The notes under the pieces were generated by a model. The model was not told the DNA's origin, searched no databases, and worked only from the letters and a program-made list of their open reading frames with translations. Of a DNA stretch of 64,000 nt, positions 48,371-58,384 are shown in pieces. A program made the position numbers and the translations under genes. Source of the DNA: a bacterium (GTDB taxonomy: Bacteria; Patescibacteriota; Minisyncoccia; UBA6257; MFKM01); assembly GCA_030693325.1 (NCBI GenBank), contig JAUYAV010000019.1:1324-65323 (forward strand). The letters are read 5' to 3'. Numbering within the stretch: the stretch's first letter is position 1; each line of letters begins with the position of its first letter.

Positions 48371-48979
48371 TTACTTTGGTAAGTATAAAACTTGTTTAGT
48401 AATTGTTATTTCCCGACCGAGAAATCTTTTTATTTGAAATTGAATATTGTTTTGCCCCGGCTGAAGAGGAAAATCTTTTTGAAAATATCCGTTTTCATCA
48501 ATATAAGTGTTTTCTTTATTTATCATTAATTGGTCTCCGGATTTCACGCGGCCTTCTATTTTGAGATTAGGGTCGGTAATCGGACTGGTTGAACTGGCTA
48601 ATTGGCCGAGAAGCGATAAGGTCGGTTTTCCCAAAAAAAAGTTGTATTGAAAAGCCAGATAGCCGGCTAAAATTACGAAAATCAGCGCGAAAATAATTTT
48701 TTTGTTTAAGGGCTTGGGGCTGAAGCGATTAATTGGCAGATGATCGTTTGTTCCGGATTTTCTAAGTTGGGTATTTTTTTGGTATTCCTGCCAAAGTTTT
48801 TGCCCGTCAACGTTCAAGGCATCCGCGATTTTAAAAAGATAACTTCGGATGTAAGGCGCCGCCGGCAATTTTTCGTATTTTTCTTCAATAAGCGCTTTTA
48901 AAAATCTTTCCGAGATGCCGGTTGATTCCGAAAGTTTGGCTAAATTAATATTTTTATCCTGAAGAATTTCGGTTAACAT
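48371..48979 (-). CDS. RodZ-like HTH membrane protein with C-terminal Ig-like domain
   Basis: HTH with LP..PYIRSYL, TM helix, L.PGQN; between ftsK and recA. Confidence 0.75.
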   Translation of the reverse strand: MLTEILQDKNINLAKLSESTGISERFLKALIEEKYEKLPAAPYIRSYLFKIADALNVDGQKLWQEYQKNTQLRKSGTNDHLPINRFSPKPLNKKIIFALIFVILAGYLAFQYNFFLGKPTLSLLGQLASSTSPITDPNLKIEGRVKSGDQLMINKENTYIDENGYFQKDFPLQPGQNNIQFQIKRFLGREITITKQVLYLPK

Positions 48980-49047
48980 AGTAAAAATTACAGTAATTAC
49001 TGTAATTACGTAATTACAGTAATTGTTGATTTTGAATTTTACATTTA

Positions 49048-51156
49048 TTATAACGGGTTGCTGTCGTCGCTGTCCACTTTATCAAAATAAACCTCTCTCG
49101 GTTTTGCGCCTTCGCCCGGACCGATCAACCCTCTATTCTCCATAATATCCAAGAGCCGGGCCGCCCGGGCATAACCGACTTTCAAGCGGCGCTGGAGTAG
49201 TGAAGCCGACGCTTTTTGAGCCGCTTTGACCACTTCCAGGGCTTCGTCAAAAAGTTCATCATCGTCGTCTTCATCGGACCTATTAAAAATAGAAAAAGGC
49301 GATTCGTTATTATTCTGGTCATTGTCCGGTAATTCCAATTCTTTTTCCGAATCGCTTGCCTCCGGTTTATTATTGGTTTTGATAAAGTTGATGACTTTTT
49401 TTATTTCTTCTTCAGTGACATAACAGCTTTGGATTCTTTTCGGCTTGGAAAATTCCGAGGATACAAAAAGCAAATCGCCTCGGCCCAGAAGTTTTTCCGC
49501 GCCGGCGGTATCAAGAATCGTTCGTGAATCTATCTGGCTTGCCACCTGTAAGGCGATACGGCAGGTGATGTTGGCTTTGATGAGGCCGGTGACCACTTCA
49601 ACCGACGGCCTTTGAGTGGAAACAACCAGGTGTAAACCCGTGGCGCGGGCCATTTGCGCCAGGCGGATGATTAACCCTTCCACTTCCCGGCCATAGGTCG
49701 CCATCAAATCTGCCAGTTCATCTATTACGATTAAAATATAAGGCAGCGGTTCTTCGGCTTTGGCCCCGCTGAGCGAGGCTTTGGCATTATATCCTTGAAT
49801 GTCGCGGTTGCCGGCTTCCAAAAGAATTTTATAGCGCCGATCCATCTCCTCTATGGCCCAGCGGAAAACATTGATGGCTAATTTGCTTTCGGTGATGACC
49901 GGAGCGATAAGGTGGGGAATGCCGTCATAATTTGAAAGTTCCACTCTTTTTGGGTCAATTAAAATAAGTTTAAGGGTGGAAGGAGAATTTTTATAAAGCA
50001 GGGAAATTAGAAGCGAATGAATGATTACCGATTTGCCGCTACCGGTCGCGCCGGCGATAAGCAAATGAGGCATTTTATCAATATTGGAGAAAATCGGTTT
50101 GCCGTCAATATCTCTTCCCAAAACAAAACCTAAAGGCCCGGAATTTTGGAATTCCGGCGAAGCTATTAAACTGCCCAATCTCACTAAGGCCGCGGCTTTG
50201 TTCGGGACTTCAACGCCGACCAATGATTTGCCCGGTATCGGGGCTTCAATTCTTATGGGGTGGCTGGCCAAGGCTAAAGACAGGTCCTGGTTTAAGCCGG
50301 TGATTCTTGAAAGTTTGACGCCTTCAGCCGGTTTTAAGGTATAACGGGTTACCGCCGGCCCGACGGTGATTTCACCCATTTCCACCGGAATACCGAATCC
50401 CTCTAAAGTTCTTTTAATGATATTGGCGTTGGCCCGCAGGTCGCCGATGCTGGGTTTTTCGCTGAAAGATTTTAACAAATCCAACGGCGGCGCCACATAA
50501 TTTTTAAAAACCAAAGGTTTTTTAGGGATGATAATTTCCTCAGCTTCTTCTTTCTCTTCTTTTCTTTCTTTCTTTTCTTGTCTAGATAAAGGAATTTCCG
50601 AAGTTTTTGCTATAGCGACATGGGTTTCCTCAGCCGGTTCTTTCATATCCGGTTCCTCGGGTTCTTCTTCTATGTCTTTTTCCTTAACTCGCCGCGGAAT
50701 TCTTAAAGGAACGTTAAAAGTGATGATTATTGAAGCAATTAATAAAGTTGCAGTGATAACCAAACTGGCGGTTTTTCCGAAAGGAATTTCCAAGGCGCCG
50801 ACAAATTTTCCTATAAAACCTCCGCCGTCGCTCGCCAATAAATCAATTATGCCCAAACCGGAAAGCACAAACAAAACAGCGCCCACTAAAGTGTTACCGA
50901 CTATTTTTTTTTGCCTTGCAGTGAGAATGGCCAAAGCGGTCAATAATAAAATCATGGGCAGAAGATAATATCCCCAGCCCAGAAGATAATCCAAGGCGCG
51001 GTAAAGAAAATTGCCGGCCGGGCCGGCTTGTCTGAAACTGGCCAAAAGCAGAATTGCCGCCAGGCCGATGAAGATTATCGCGAAAACGCTTTTTTTGGCT
51101 TCGGGATGAAGCGAAGAATTCATTTCTTTCATCTTTGCTCTTTTTTCTTTTGCCAT
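49048..51156 (-). CDS. ftsK: DNA translocase FtsK/SpoIIIE
   Basis: 4TM N-terminus, RIEAPIPGKS, MPHLLIAGATGSGKS, IDPKRVEL, DELADLM, TQRPS, DSRTILD..GAEKLLG.GD, gamma domain. Confidence 0.96.
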   Translation of the reverse strand: MAKEKRAKMKEMNSSLHPEAKKSVFAIIFIGLAAILLLASFRQAGPAGNFLYRALDYLLGWGYYLLPMILLLTALAILTARQKKIVGNTLVGAVLFVLSGLGIIDLLASDGGGFIGKFVGALEIPFGKTASLVITATLLIASIIITFNVPLRIPRRVKEKDIEEEPEEPDMKEPAEETHVAIAKTSEIPLSRQEKKERKEEKEEAEEIIIPKKPLVFKNYVAPPLDLLKSFSEKPSIGDLRANANIIKRTLEGFGIPVEMGEITVGPAVTRYTLKPAEGVKLSRITGLNQDLSLALASHPIRIEAPIPGKSLVGVEVPNKAAALVRLGSLIASPEFQNSGPLGFVLGRDIDGKPIFSNIDKMPHLLIAGATGSGKSVIIHSLLISLLYKNSPSTLKLILIDPKRVELSNYDGIPHLIAPVITESKLAINVFRWAIEEMDRRYKILLEAGNRDIQGYNAKASLSGAKAEEPLPYILIVIDELADLMATYGREVEGLIIRLAQMARATGLHLVVSTQRPSVEVVTGLIKANITCRIALQVASQIDSRTILDTAGAEKLLGRGDLLFVSSEFSKPKRIQSCYVTEEEIKKVINFIKTNNKPEASDSEKELELPDNDQNNNESPFSIFNRSDEDDDDELFDEALEVVKAAQKASASLLQRRLKVGYARAARLLDIMENRGLIGPGEGAKPREVYFDKVDSDDSNPL

Positions 51157-51253
51157 TAATTTAATTCTAATTTAGAATTAACAAGATGACAACAGATAAT
51201 AATAGCGACTAGTAACAAGTAATCAGTAACTAGGGAATAGGGACTAATAACAA

Positions 51254-51682
51254 ATGATTAAAATTAATCCTAACATCTTCAAGGCCAATGATATCAGGGG
51301 AAAATATCCGTCCGAGATTAATGAAAGAGTAATTTCGGAAATCGTTGGTAAATTGGCTGATTTTTTTCCGGAAGGAAAAATCGTAGTCGCCCATGATGCC
51401 CGTTTGAGTTCCCCTGTTTTATACAAAGCGGTTATAACGGGATTCAAAAATAAAAATTTATCCCTACGGGATATCTCCCGAAGGGAGACAAAACTCAAAA
51501 CTATTGAAGTGGGTTTGGCCACCACGCCGATGTTTTATTTTTTGGTGAAAAAATTAAAAGCCGGCGGCGGAATAATGATTACCGCTTCCCATAACCCGAA
51601 AAATTATAACGGCTTGAAAATTGTCGATAAAAACGCTTTGCCGATCAGCGGCTTGGAAGTAAAAAAATTATTTAAATTCTAA
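51254..51682 (+). CDS. Phosphomannomutase/phosphoglucomutase domain I only (142 aa)
   Basis: FKANDIRG, HDAR.SS, TTPM, MITASHNPKNYNGLK; ends shortly after. Confidence 0.8.
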   Translation: MIKINPNIFKANDIRGKYPSEINERVISEIVGKLADFFPEGKIVVAHDARLSSPVLYKAVITGFKNKNLSLRDISRRETKLKTIEVGLATTPMFYFLVKKLKAGGGIMITASHNPKNYNGLKIVDKNALPISGLEVKKLFKF

Positions 51683-51701
51683 GATTCCCGAGATTGATTT
51701 T

Positions 51702-52625
51702 TTATAGATATTTTTGAGATAAAGCTTTTATCAAATCTTTTTCTTCCTCAATTTTTTTAAATCTTTTATAATTCCACTTGAATATCCTATCGTCGAAATA
51801 AATATTTTCCGCGCAGGCCAACATAGCCATTTGGGGTAAAATTTCTATGTCTTTTTTTGACAATTTAATTTTTTGAGAATAGTTTTTCAAAAAAAGCTCA
51901 AATTCGCTTTTTAAAAAAAAAGGTTTTGATATTTTTTCCATTTTCATTCCAAGTTTAGGAAAATCAAAAGGAATAATATTGAACATAAAAGCAATCATTA
52001 TCCCAAGATCATAAACAATCGGGCCCCACGATATATCATCAAGGTCAATTAAAAAAAGTTTTTTTCTGCCTAAAACATTGAAATAACTAATATCGCCATG
52101 GACTAAGCCGGTTGTTGCGCCAAATATGGGCGGAAATGAATCACAAAAAGAGATTATTTCTTTTCTGATTTTGATTTCTATCTTCTTTTTCGAAAAGGTT
52201 GCTCTCAGTCTTTTAATTTTTCCTTTAACATCTACTTCAGGAATTTTACTGTTTCCAATTTTAATTTTGTGTAATTCGCCGACAATGCGACCAAGCTCCG
52301 AAAAAAAATATCGCGATGGACGATTTTCTTTTTGATTAATAAATTTTGACAAAAATAAGATATCACCTGATTGCAAAAAATATTTTTTGTTTGATTTCGT
52401 GCTAATAATAGCAGGAAGATTAACGCCTTGTTTCTTAATTTTAGATACAAATTCCAATCTCTCAATCAATTCTTTGTTATTTGGAACAGCTTTAATAACA
52501 TATTTATTTTTGTCGTTTCCGATTAAAAAAGCGCTCCGTTTTCCTCGTGTCTCAAGTTTTTTCAAAAAAACAGGATTTTTGAGATTATATTCTTTTTTAA
52601 TTTTTTCAATTATCAGAGAAATCAT
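51702..52625 (-). CDS. APH/choline-kinase-fold phosphotransferase
   Basis: YVIK, LG..VGELH, HGDISYFNVL, LIDLDD, YDLG. Confidence 0.85.
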   Translation of the reverse strand: MISLIIEKIKKEYNLKNPVFLKKLETRGKRSAFLIGNDKNKYVIKAVPNNKELIERLEFVSKIKKQGVNLPAIISTKSNKKYFLQSGDILFLSKFINQKENRPSRYFFSELGRIVGELHKIKIGNSKIPEVDVKGKIKRLRATFSKKKIEIKIRKEIISFCDSFPPIFGATTGLVHGDISYFNVLGRKKLFLIDLDDISWGPIVYDLGIMIAFMFNIIPFDFPKLGMKMEKISKPFFLKSEFELFLKNYSQKIKLSKKDIEILPQMAMLACAENIYFDDRIFKWNYKRFKKIEEEKDLIKALSQKYL

Positions 52626-52654
52626 TATTTTTAAATAATAACATTCTGCTTACT

Positions 52655-52696
52655 AAATAAAAAATCGGGAAAGTGAATGAGCCACTTTCCCGATTT
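52655..52696 (-). terminator. Intrinsic terminator or stabilising hairpin after peptide gene
   Basis: 14-bp stem AAATCGGGAAAGTG/CACTTTCCCGATTT, T-rich tail on minus strand. Confidence 0.8.
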
Positions 52697-52712
52697 GCTG
52701 TTAGCGTAATTA

Positions 52713-52808
52713 CTACTTTGAGATATTACGCGAACGACATCCTCCATGGGAAGATGCCTTAGTCGATGACCAAACCGTTTTTACCGATTTTTTCACTGAC
52801 TTTTTCAT
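52713..52808 (-). CDS. Unannotated 31-aa putative RiPP precursor MKKSVKKSVKTVWSSTKASSHGGCRSRNISK
   Basis: AGGAGG SD (52815-52820) 6 nt before ATG, directly after rSAM stop codon; hairpin downstream. Confidence 0.75.
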   Translation of the reverse strand: MKKSVKKSVKTVWSSTKASSHGGCRSRNISK

Positions 52809-52821
52809 TTTTTGCCTCCTT

Positions 52822-54009
52822 TCATTTTTTGCAAAAATGCATTATCGCATTCAGCATATACTTTGGTTGTATTAACATATTCCCCGTATCGGTATAATTG
52901 ATACCCGGACAAAAATTAAAAACTTTTTTTGCCGGAATATCTTTCCATTTTAACGACCCGATTTTTAGCATGCTTTTCCCGTAAACAATTTCTTTGATTT
53001 TATTTTTCAAAAAAATATTCCCAACTGGCAAAGGCAACTGACCACACGGAAAAACATCGCCATTTCCCGATATTGCAAATATGGCTTTTCCAGCTTCACA
53101 AACATGCTCATTGCGATTAGAATTTTGTGTCTCCGAAATAAAACCCGGATTCTTCATTACAAAATCTCTTAGGTTCTCACTGGAAATATTTAATTGGCTC
53201 TTTTTTGCCTGACCATAATATTCATTGGTTATCGGCCAAGAAAAATTTTGAGCAATTTTATTTTCCTCAAAGAAAAGTTTAGTACTTTCCCACGAGTCAA
53301 AATTTCTTTTCATTAGAGGTGTTGCCACTTCAACAAAATATCCCATTTTTACCAGTGAATGAAGATTCCCGAGAGTACGCTTTAGCGACCCCGAACTTTT
53401 TGTTATATCATCATGAATTTTTGGAACAGAAGAATAAACTGATGTCTGTATTCTGCCTATTCTAAAATTTCCGCATTCATTAGATAGAAACCATCCAGGC
53501 AAGTATTGCAAATTACTAAATATTTCTACCAAAAACCCTTTTTCTGTCGCTATTTGCAATAGACTCCGAAGACTTTTGCTAATAAACGGCTCGCCGCCAC
53601 TTATAACAATAAGAAAAACTCCCAAAGCTTTAAGTTCGTCAAAAAAATCGCCGATACCAGATTCGTTCATCCGCTCAAGAAAGCCCAGTTCAGAAGAACA
53701 CAAATTTTTATTCCCAACGTAGCAATGGATACATCTTAATGAGCATCTTCGGCTTAATTCAATGTTTACCGTTGTCGGGAAATCAAACGCAAGACCAAGC
53801 TTAATCAAATTTTTTCGGCACAACCTAGAATTATATTGGCCGCTTATATTTTTGAAAAAGTTTTTGGTGTCGCTGTCAAATTCATAATCATCCGGCTTAT
53901 TTGCAATCCTTTTCGCTTTGATATCGTCTGCTTTAATTGAAACAATCTGTCCGTTTTTGCAATTCAAAAAATGAGTATGACTTCCTATATTCCGCCATAT
54001 AATAGACAT
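52822..54009 (-). CDS. Radical SAM protein with SPASM/twitch domain and RRE-like N-terminus
   Basis: CSLRCIHCY, SGGEPF, HD.I...GS, CEAG...I..NGDVFPC...VGNI...CPG; SD AGGAG, TTGACA promoter. Confidence 0.9.
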   Translation of the reverse strand: MSIIWRNIGSHTHFLNCKNGQIVSIKADDIKAKRIANKPDDYEFDSDTKNFFKNISGQYNSRLCRKNLIKLGLAFDFPTTVNIELSRRCSLRCIHCYVGNKNLCSSELGFLERMNESGIGDFFDELKALGVFLIVISGGEPFISKSLRSLLQIATEKGFLVEIFSNLQYLPGWFLSNECGNFRIGRIQTSVYSSVPKIHDDITKSSGSLKRTLGNLHSLVKMGYFVEVATPLMKRNFDSWESTKLFFEENKIAQNFSWPITNEYYGQAKKSQLNISSENLRDFVMKNPGFISETQNSNRNEHVCEAGKAIFAISGNGDVFPCGQLPLPVGNIFLKNKIKEIVYGKSMLKIGSLKWKDIPAKKVFNFCPGINYTDTGNMLIQPKYMLNAIMHFCKK

Positions 54010-54161
54010 AACAATCTCCTTTTTAATTTTTAATGTTCAATCAAATACTTATATACCTATTTTTTAGTATCTAACAAATTAATTGTTTTGTCAAATTTTG
54101 TGGCTAAAACACCCAAAATATAGCCAAAACAAGAAAATTTGAGTATAATAACAGTATTCTT

Positions 54162-55430
54162 ATGCGCTATATTGCCGATTTTCACATTCATTCTCCTTAC
54201 TCGCGGGCGGTTTCCAAGGAAATGACTTTGGAAAATTTGGATATCTGGGCGCAGAAAAAAGGCATCACTATTTTAGGCACGGGCGACTTTACTCATCCCG
54301 CCTGGTTTAAAGAAATTCAAAAAAAACTTGAGGAACGCGAGCCGGGACTTTTTGCTTTAAAATCCAACAAATCGGCGGACGCCACTCGATTTATTTTAAC
54401 TTCCGAGATTTCCAGTATTTATACCAAATATAATAAAGGACGGCGCGTTCATAATCTGATTTTTGCGCCGAATTTGGAAGCGGTTAAAAAAATAAATACT
54501 CAGCTCGGCTTTATAGGCAATATTAAATCTGACGGCCGGCCGATTTTGGGCCTTGACCCCAAAGAACTTTTGAAAATTATTTTAGAGGTTGACCCGAAAT
54601 GTTTTTTAATACCTTGCCATGCCTGGACGCCCTGGTTCTCCATTTTTGGTTCAATGTCCGGTTTTAATTCGGTTGAAGAATGTTTTGAGGAAATGTCCGG
54701 TGAAATTTTCGCCTTAGAGACTGGCCTTTCCAGCGACCCGGCCATGAACTGGCGTTTGTCTCAATTGGATAAATACACTTTGATTTCCAATTCAGACGCT
54801 CACAGCTTGCCTAATCTCGGCCGCGAGGCCTGCGTTTTTGAAATCAAGCCGGAAAAACTTTCTTTTGACGAAATTAAAAGAATTCTCAAAGAGAAAGACA
54901 AAGAAAAATTTTTATACACCATTGAATTTTTTCCCGAAGAAGGAAAATATCATTACGACGGCCATCGGCTTTGCCAGGTGAGATTGTCTCCTAAAGAAAC
55001 CAAAAAATGCCACGGCCTCTGCCCTGTTTGCGGCAAACGATTAACTATCGGCGTAATGTCGCGGGTGGAGGAATTGGCGGATCGCGAAGAAAATTTTAAG
55101 CCCAAAAACCCGATTCCTTTCAAAAGTTTGGTGCCTTTGCGGGAAATTATTGCCGAATCTTTGGGTCGTGGCAAAGCGACAAAATTAGTGGTGGAAGAAT
55201 ATGAAAATTTGGTTTTCAAAGGCGGCAATGAATTTAAAATCCTTTTGGATTTAGCCGAAGCCGAGCTGTCAAAAATAACTTTGCCGAAAATCGTTGAAGG
55301 AATTATGAAAGTCAGAAAAAAAGAATTATTTGTTTTGCCCGGCTATGACGGCGAATACGGCACTGTCAAAATTTTTTCCGAGGGAGAAAAAAATAAACCG
55401 CCTTTGGCTCAAAAAAATTTGTTTGGCTAA
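54162..55430 (+). CDS. PHP-domain endonuclease Q-like (TIGR00375-type) protein
   Basis: ADFHIHS.YSRA.S, GTGDFTHP, HAWTPW, ETGLSSDP, SNSDAHS, GKYH.DGHR.C, CPVCG, PGYDGEYG. Confidence 0.88.
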   Translation: MRYIADFHIHSPYSRAVSKEMTLENLDIWAQKKGITILGTGDFTHPAWFKEIQKKLEEREPGLFALKSNKSADATRFILTSEISSIYTKYNKGRRVHNLIFAPNLEAVKKINTQLGFIGNIKSDGRPILGLDPKELLKIILEVDPKCFLIPCHAWTPWFSIFGSMSGFNSVEECFEEMSGEIFALETGLSSDPAMNWRLSQLDKYTLISNSDAHSLPNLGREACVFEIKPEKLSFDEIKRILKEKDKEKFLYTIEFFPEEGKYHYDGHRLCQVRLSPKETKKCHGLCPVCGKRLTIGVMSRVEELADREENFKPKNPIPFKSLVPLREIIAESLGRGKATKLVVEEYENLVFKGGNEFKILLDLAEAELSKITLPKIVEGIMKVRKKELFVLPGYDGEYGTVKIFSEGEKNKPPLAQKNLFG

Positions 55431-55434
55431 AAAT

Positions 55435-55462
55435 AAAAGCCCCGATTTAATCGGGGCTTTTT
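55435..55462. terminator. Bidirectional terminator
   Basis: AAAAGCCCCGAT-TTA-ATCGGGGCTTTT between convergent genes. Confidence 0.8.
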
Positions 55463-55516
55463 AAATTATTGTTCGTAGTTAAAATCTTTTTTTTTGAGGC
55501 CTGCCAGAATTTCCGG

Positions 55517-56767
55517 TCAGTTTGCTATTTTTTCCGCTATTTTATAAACATCACCCGCGCCCAAGGTTAGGATAATCAATTTTGAGTTAATTTTCTTTAA
55601 TTTCCTTACCTCATTAGCAAAAAATTTGGTTTCAAAAGGCGTGGATTTGGCCTGGGTATGGTGTTTTCTTACTTCTTTCAAAAGAAGCCCATCTATATTT
55701 TTTTTCGGTTTTTGTTCGCGGGCCGAAGCAAAAGTGGGCAAAAGATAAACAAAATCGGCTTTTTGGAAACATCGGCCGAATTCTTTAAGCAGAATTTTGG
55801 TGCGCGAAAAAGTGTGAGGCTGGAAAATCGCTAAAAGTTTGTAATCAGGATATTTTTCTTTAAGCGCGGCTAAAGTAGCCTTGATTTCTTCTGGATGATG
55901 GGCGTAATCATCAACAATTATTATTTTTTGTTTTTTGATATAAAATTCCAGCCGGCGTTTTACTCCTTTGAAAGTTTCAAAAGCGGTTTTGATTTTACGG
56001 TCAGGGATTTTCAATTCTTTGGCCAGCCGATAAACCAAGAAAGCGTTTTCTTTGTTTTTATCTCCCAATAAAGGAAAATCAATTTTCGTCAAGAATTTTT
56101 TGAAGGCCGGAGAAATTTTTTGACCGGCCAAAACTTTTTTCGCGGTTTGTTTTTTTAATTGTTCAAAAGCCAGCCGGTATTCCTTTCTATTTTTGAAAGA
56201 ATCCGGATGGTCAAAGTCAATATTGGTAATTAAAAGATAATCGGGTTTCAAGAAAAGAAATTTTTTCTGGTATTCATCGCCCTCGGCAACCAGCCATTTA
56301 TTTTCTCCTTTTTTAAAATTGCTTTGCCAATTATTACTTACGCCGCCCAGAAAAATAGTTGGTTTGAAGCCGGAAGCGCTTAAAAGATACCCTGCTAAAG
56401 CCGTGGTCGTGGTTTTGCCGTGAGAGCCGGCGATTAAAATTTTATTTTCTCCTTGATTAAAAATTTCCGCCAAGGTCTGGCCGTAGTTTTTTAAAGGAAT
56501 TCCCAGTTTAACGGCTTTTTTGATTTCGGGATGATTTTGATTATAAGCCGAAGAATAAACGACCAAATCAAGGCTTGGATTGATATTTTTGGGAGAAAAT
56601 GAATTTATCGGTATTTTCAGCCGTTTGAGAGCGGCGTCAGCCGGAAATTTTTCCTTGCTGTCTGAGCCGGTTATTTTAGCTCCGGCTTTCGCAAAAAACT
56701 GCGCTAAAGCCGAAATCCCGATTCCTTTGACTCCGATTATATGGATTTTTTCGCCTTTTGTTTGCAT
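55517..56767 (-). CDS. murC: UDP-MurNAc--L-Ala ligase MurC
   Basis: HIIGVKGIGISALA, AGSHGKTTTT, EGDEY, TNIDFDHPD, GVKRR, DDYAHHP.EI, FQPHTFSRT, LGAGD. Confidence 0.94.
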   Translation of the reverse strand: MQTKGEKIHIIGVKGIGISALAQFFAKAGAKITGSDSKEKFPADAALKRLKIPINSFSPKNINPSLDLVVYSSAYNQNHPEIKKAVKLGIPLKNYGQTLAEIFNQGENKILIAGSHGKTTTTALAGYLLSASGFKPTIFLGGVSNNWQSNFKKGENKWLVAEGDEYQKKFLFLKPDYLLITNIDFDHPDSFKNRKEYRLAFEQLKKQTAKKVLAGQKISPAFKKFLTKIDFPLLGDKNKENAFLVYRLAKELKIPDRKIKTAFETFKGVKRRLEFYIKKQKIIIVDDYAHHPEEIKATLAALKEKYPDYKLLAIFQPHTFSRTKILLKEFGRCFQKADFVYLLPTFASAREQKPKKNIDGLLLKEVRKHHTQAKSTPFETKFFANEVRKLKKINSKLIILTLGAGDVYKIAEKIAN

Positions 56768-56850
56768 TTCTCTTTATTCTACTTTATAATTTTTAAAAGT
56801 CGAAACTTTTTATTTTTTATTAATGAATTTTTTAATTAACAATCATATTT

Positions 56851-58374
56851 ATGACTCTAACCCCTTTGTTAGCGGGAGGTTTGGTAGTGGTGGGGTTGAT
56901 TTTGGGTTATCTTATCAGGCAATTCTTCGCGCTTCGCCAGCTGGATTCAACCGAAGTCAAACTCCGGGAGCAGGTCAAAACCGCCAAATCTCAGGCTGAA
57001 GAAATAATTTCAGCCGCCAAAGATAGGGCGATAAATCTCTTAGAAGAAGCCCAGCAGGAAGACAAAAATCACAAGGTTCAACTTGACCGAGTTGAAGAAA
57101 GATTACTAAAAAAAGAAGACCTTTTAGACCAACGAGGCTTGGATGTTGACGGCCGGGAAAAAAATCTGGGAATAGGATTGGAGGAATTGAAGGTCGCGAA
57201 AACCAAGATTGAAGAACTGGAAAAAGACGCCGTTGGAAAATTGGAAAAAATTTCCGGGCTCAGCCATCAGGAAGCCCGCGAGCAACTTCTTAAAAATTTG
57301 GAAAATTTTCATCACGATGAATTGGTTTCTGTGCTACAGAAATTTGAAAAAGAAAAAAGGGATGTAGTTGAAAAGAAGTCCCTGGAGGTAATCACGACGG
57401 CGCTCCAGCGTTATAGCCGTTCTCATGTGGCTGACCTGACAACCAGCACGGTAACTATCCCCAATGAAGAACTTAAGGGTAAAATTATCGGCCGGGAAGG
57501 CAGAAATATCAGGGCTTTGGAGCGTTTAACCGGAGTTGAAGTGATTATTGACGAAACTCCCGAAAGCATCACCATCTCTTCTTTTGATCCATTGCGGCGT
57601 GAAATCGCCAAAATGGCTTTAGAGAAATTGATTCGCGACGGCCGCATTCAGCCGGTGAAAATTGAAGAAAAAGTTGAAGAAGCCAAACAGGAGCTTGACC
57701 AGCGCATCAAAGAAATCGGAGAAGCCGCGGCTTATGAGGTTGGCATTCTTGATTTGCCCAAAGAAATTATTTTCCTTTTGGGAAAACTTAATTATCGCAC
57801 CAGTTACGGCCAGAATGTCTTGCTTCATTCCATTGAAATGACTTATTTGTCCGGAATGATGGCTTCGGAACTGGGCGTTAACGTAGAAGTAGCGAAGAAA
57901 GGAGCCCTGCTTCATGACATCGGCAAGGCCATTGACCACGAAGTTGAAGGCAGTCACGTGGAATTAGGCAGGAAAATTTTGAAAAAATACGGCATCAGCG
58001 AGGATGTAATCAAGGCGATGGAATCTCATCATGAGGATTATCCTTTCGCAACATCTGAATCTTACATCGTGGCCGCGGCCGATGTTCTTTCTACCGCGCG
58101 TCCGGGCGCCCGGCGCGACACTCTGGAAAATTATCTGCGGCGTCTTGAAGAATTGGAAAAATTAGTTTTAGGTTTTGAAGGCGTGAAAATGGCTTACGCG
58201 GTTTCCGGCGGCCGGGAAGTCAGGGTTTTCGTGGTTCCGGAAAAAATTGACGACTTCGGAGCTTTGCGTTTGGCGAAAGACATCGCCACCAAGATTCAAT
58301 CAGAATTGCAATATCCCGGCGAGATTAAGATTAATGTTATCAGAGAAATCAGGGCGGTGGAGTACGCCAGATAG
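56851..58374 (+). CDS. rny: Ribonuclease Y
   Basis: TM anchor, coiled coil, KGKIIGREGRNIR (KH), RTSYGQN, LLHDIGKA (HD), RPGAR. Confidence 0.96.
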   Translation: MTLTPLLAGGLVVVGLILGYLIRQFFALRQLDSTEVKLREQVKTAKSQAEEIISAAKDRAINLLEEAQQEDKNHKVQLDRVEERLLKKEDLLDQRGLDVDGREKNLGIGLEELKVAKTKIEELEKDAVGKLEKISGLSHQEAREQLLKNLENFHHDELVSVLQKFEKEKRDVVEKKSLEVITTALQRYSRSHVADLTTSTVTIPNEELKGKIIGREGRNIRALERLTGVEVIIDETPESITISSFDPLRREIAKMALEKLIRDGRIQPVKIEEKVEEAKQELDQRIKEIGEAAAYEVGILDLPKEIIFLLGKLNYRTSYGQNVLLHSIEMTYLSGMMASELGVNVEVAKKGALLHDIGKAIDHEVEGSHVELGRKILKKYGISEDVIKAMESHHEDYPFATSESYIVAAADVLSTARPGARRDTLENYLRRLEELEKLVLGFEGVKMAYAVSGGREVRVFVVPEKIDDFGALRLAKDIATKIQSELQYPGEIKINVIREIRAVEYAR

Positions 58375-58384
58375 GATTCGGGCG

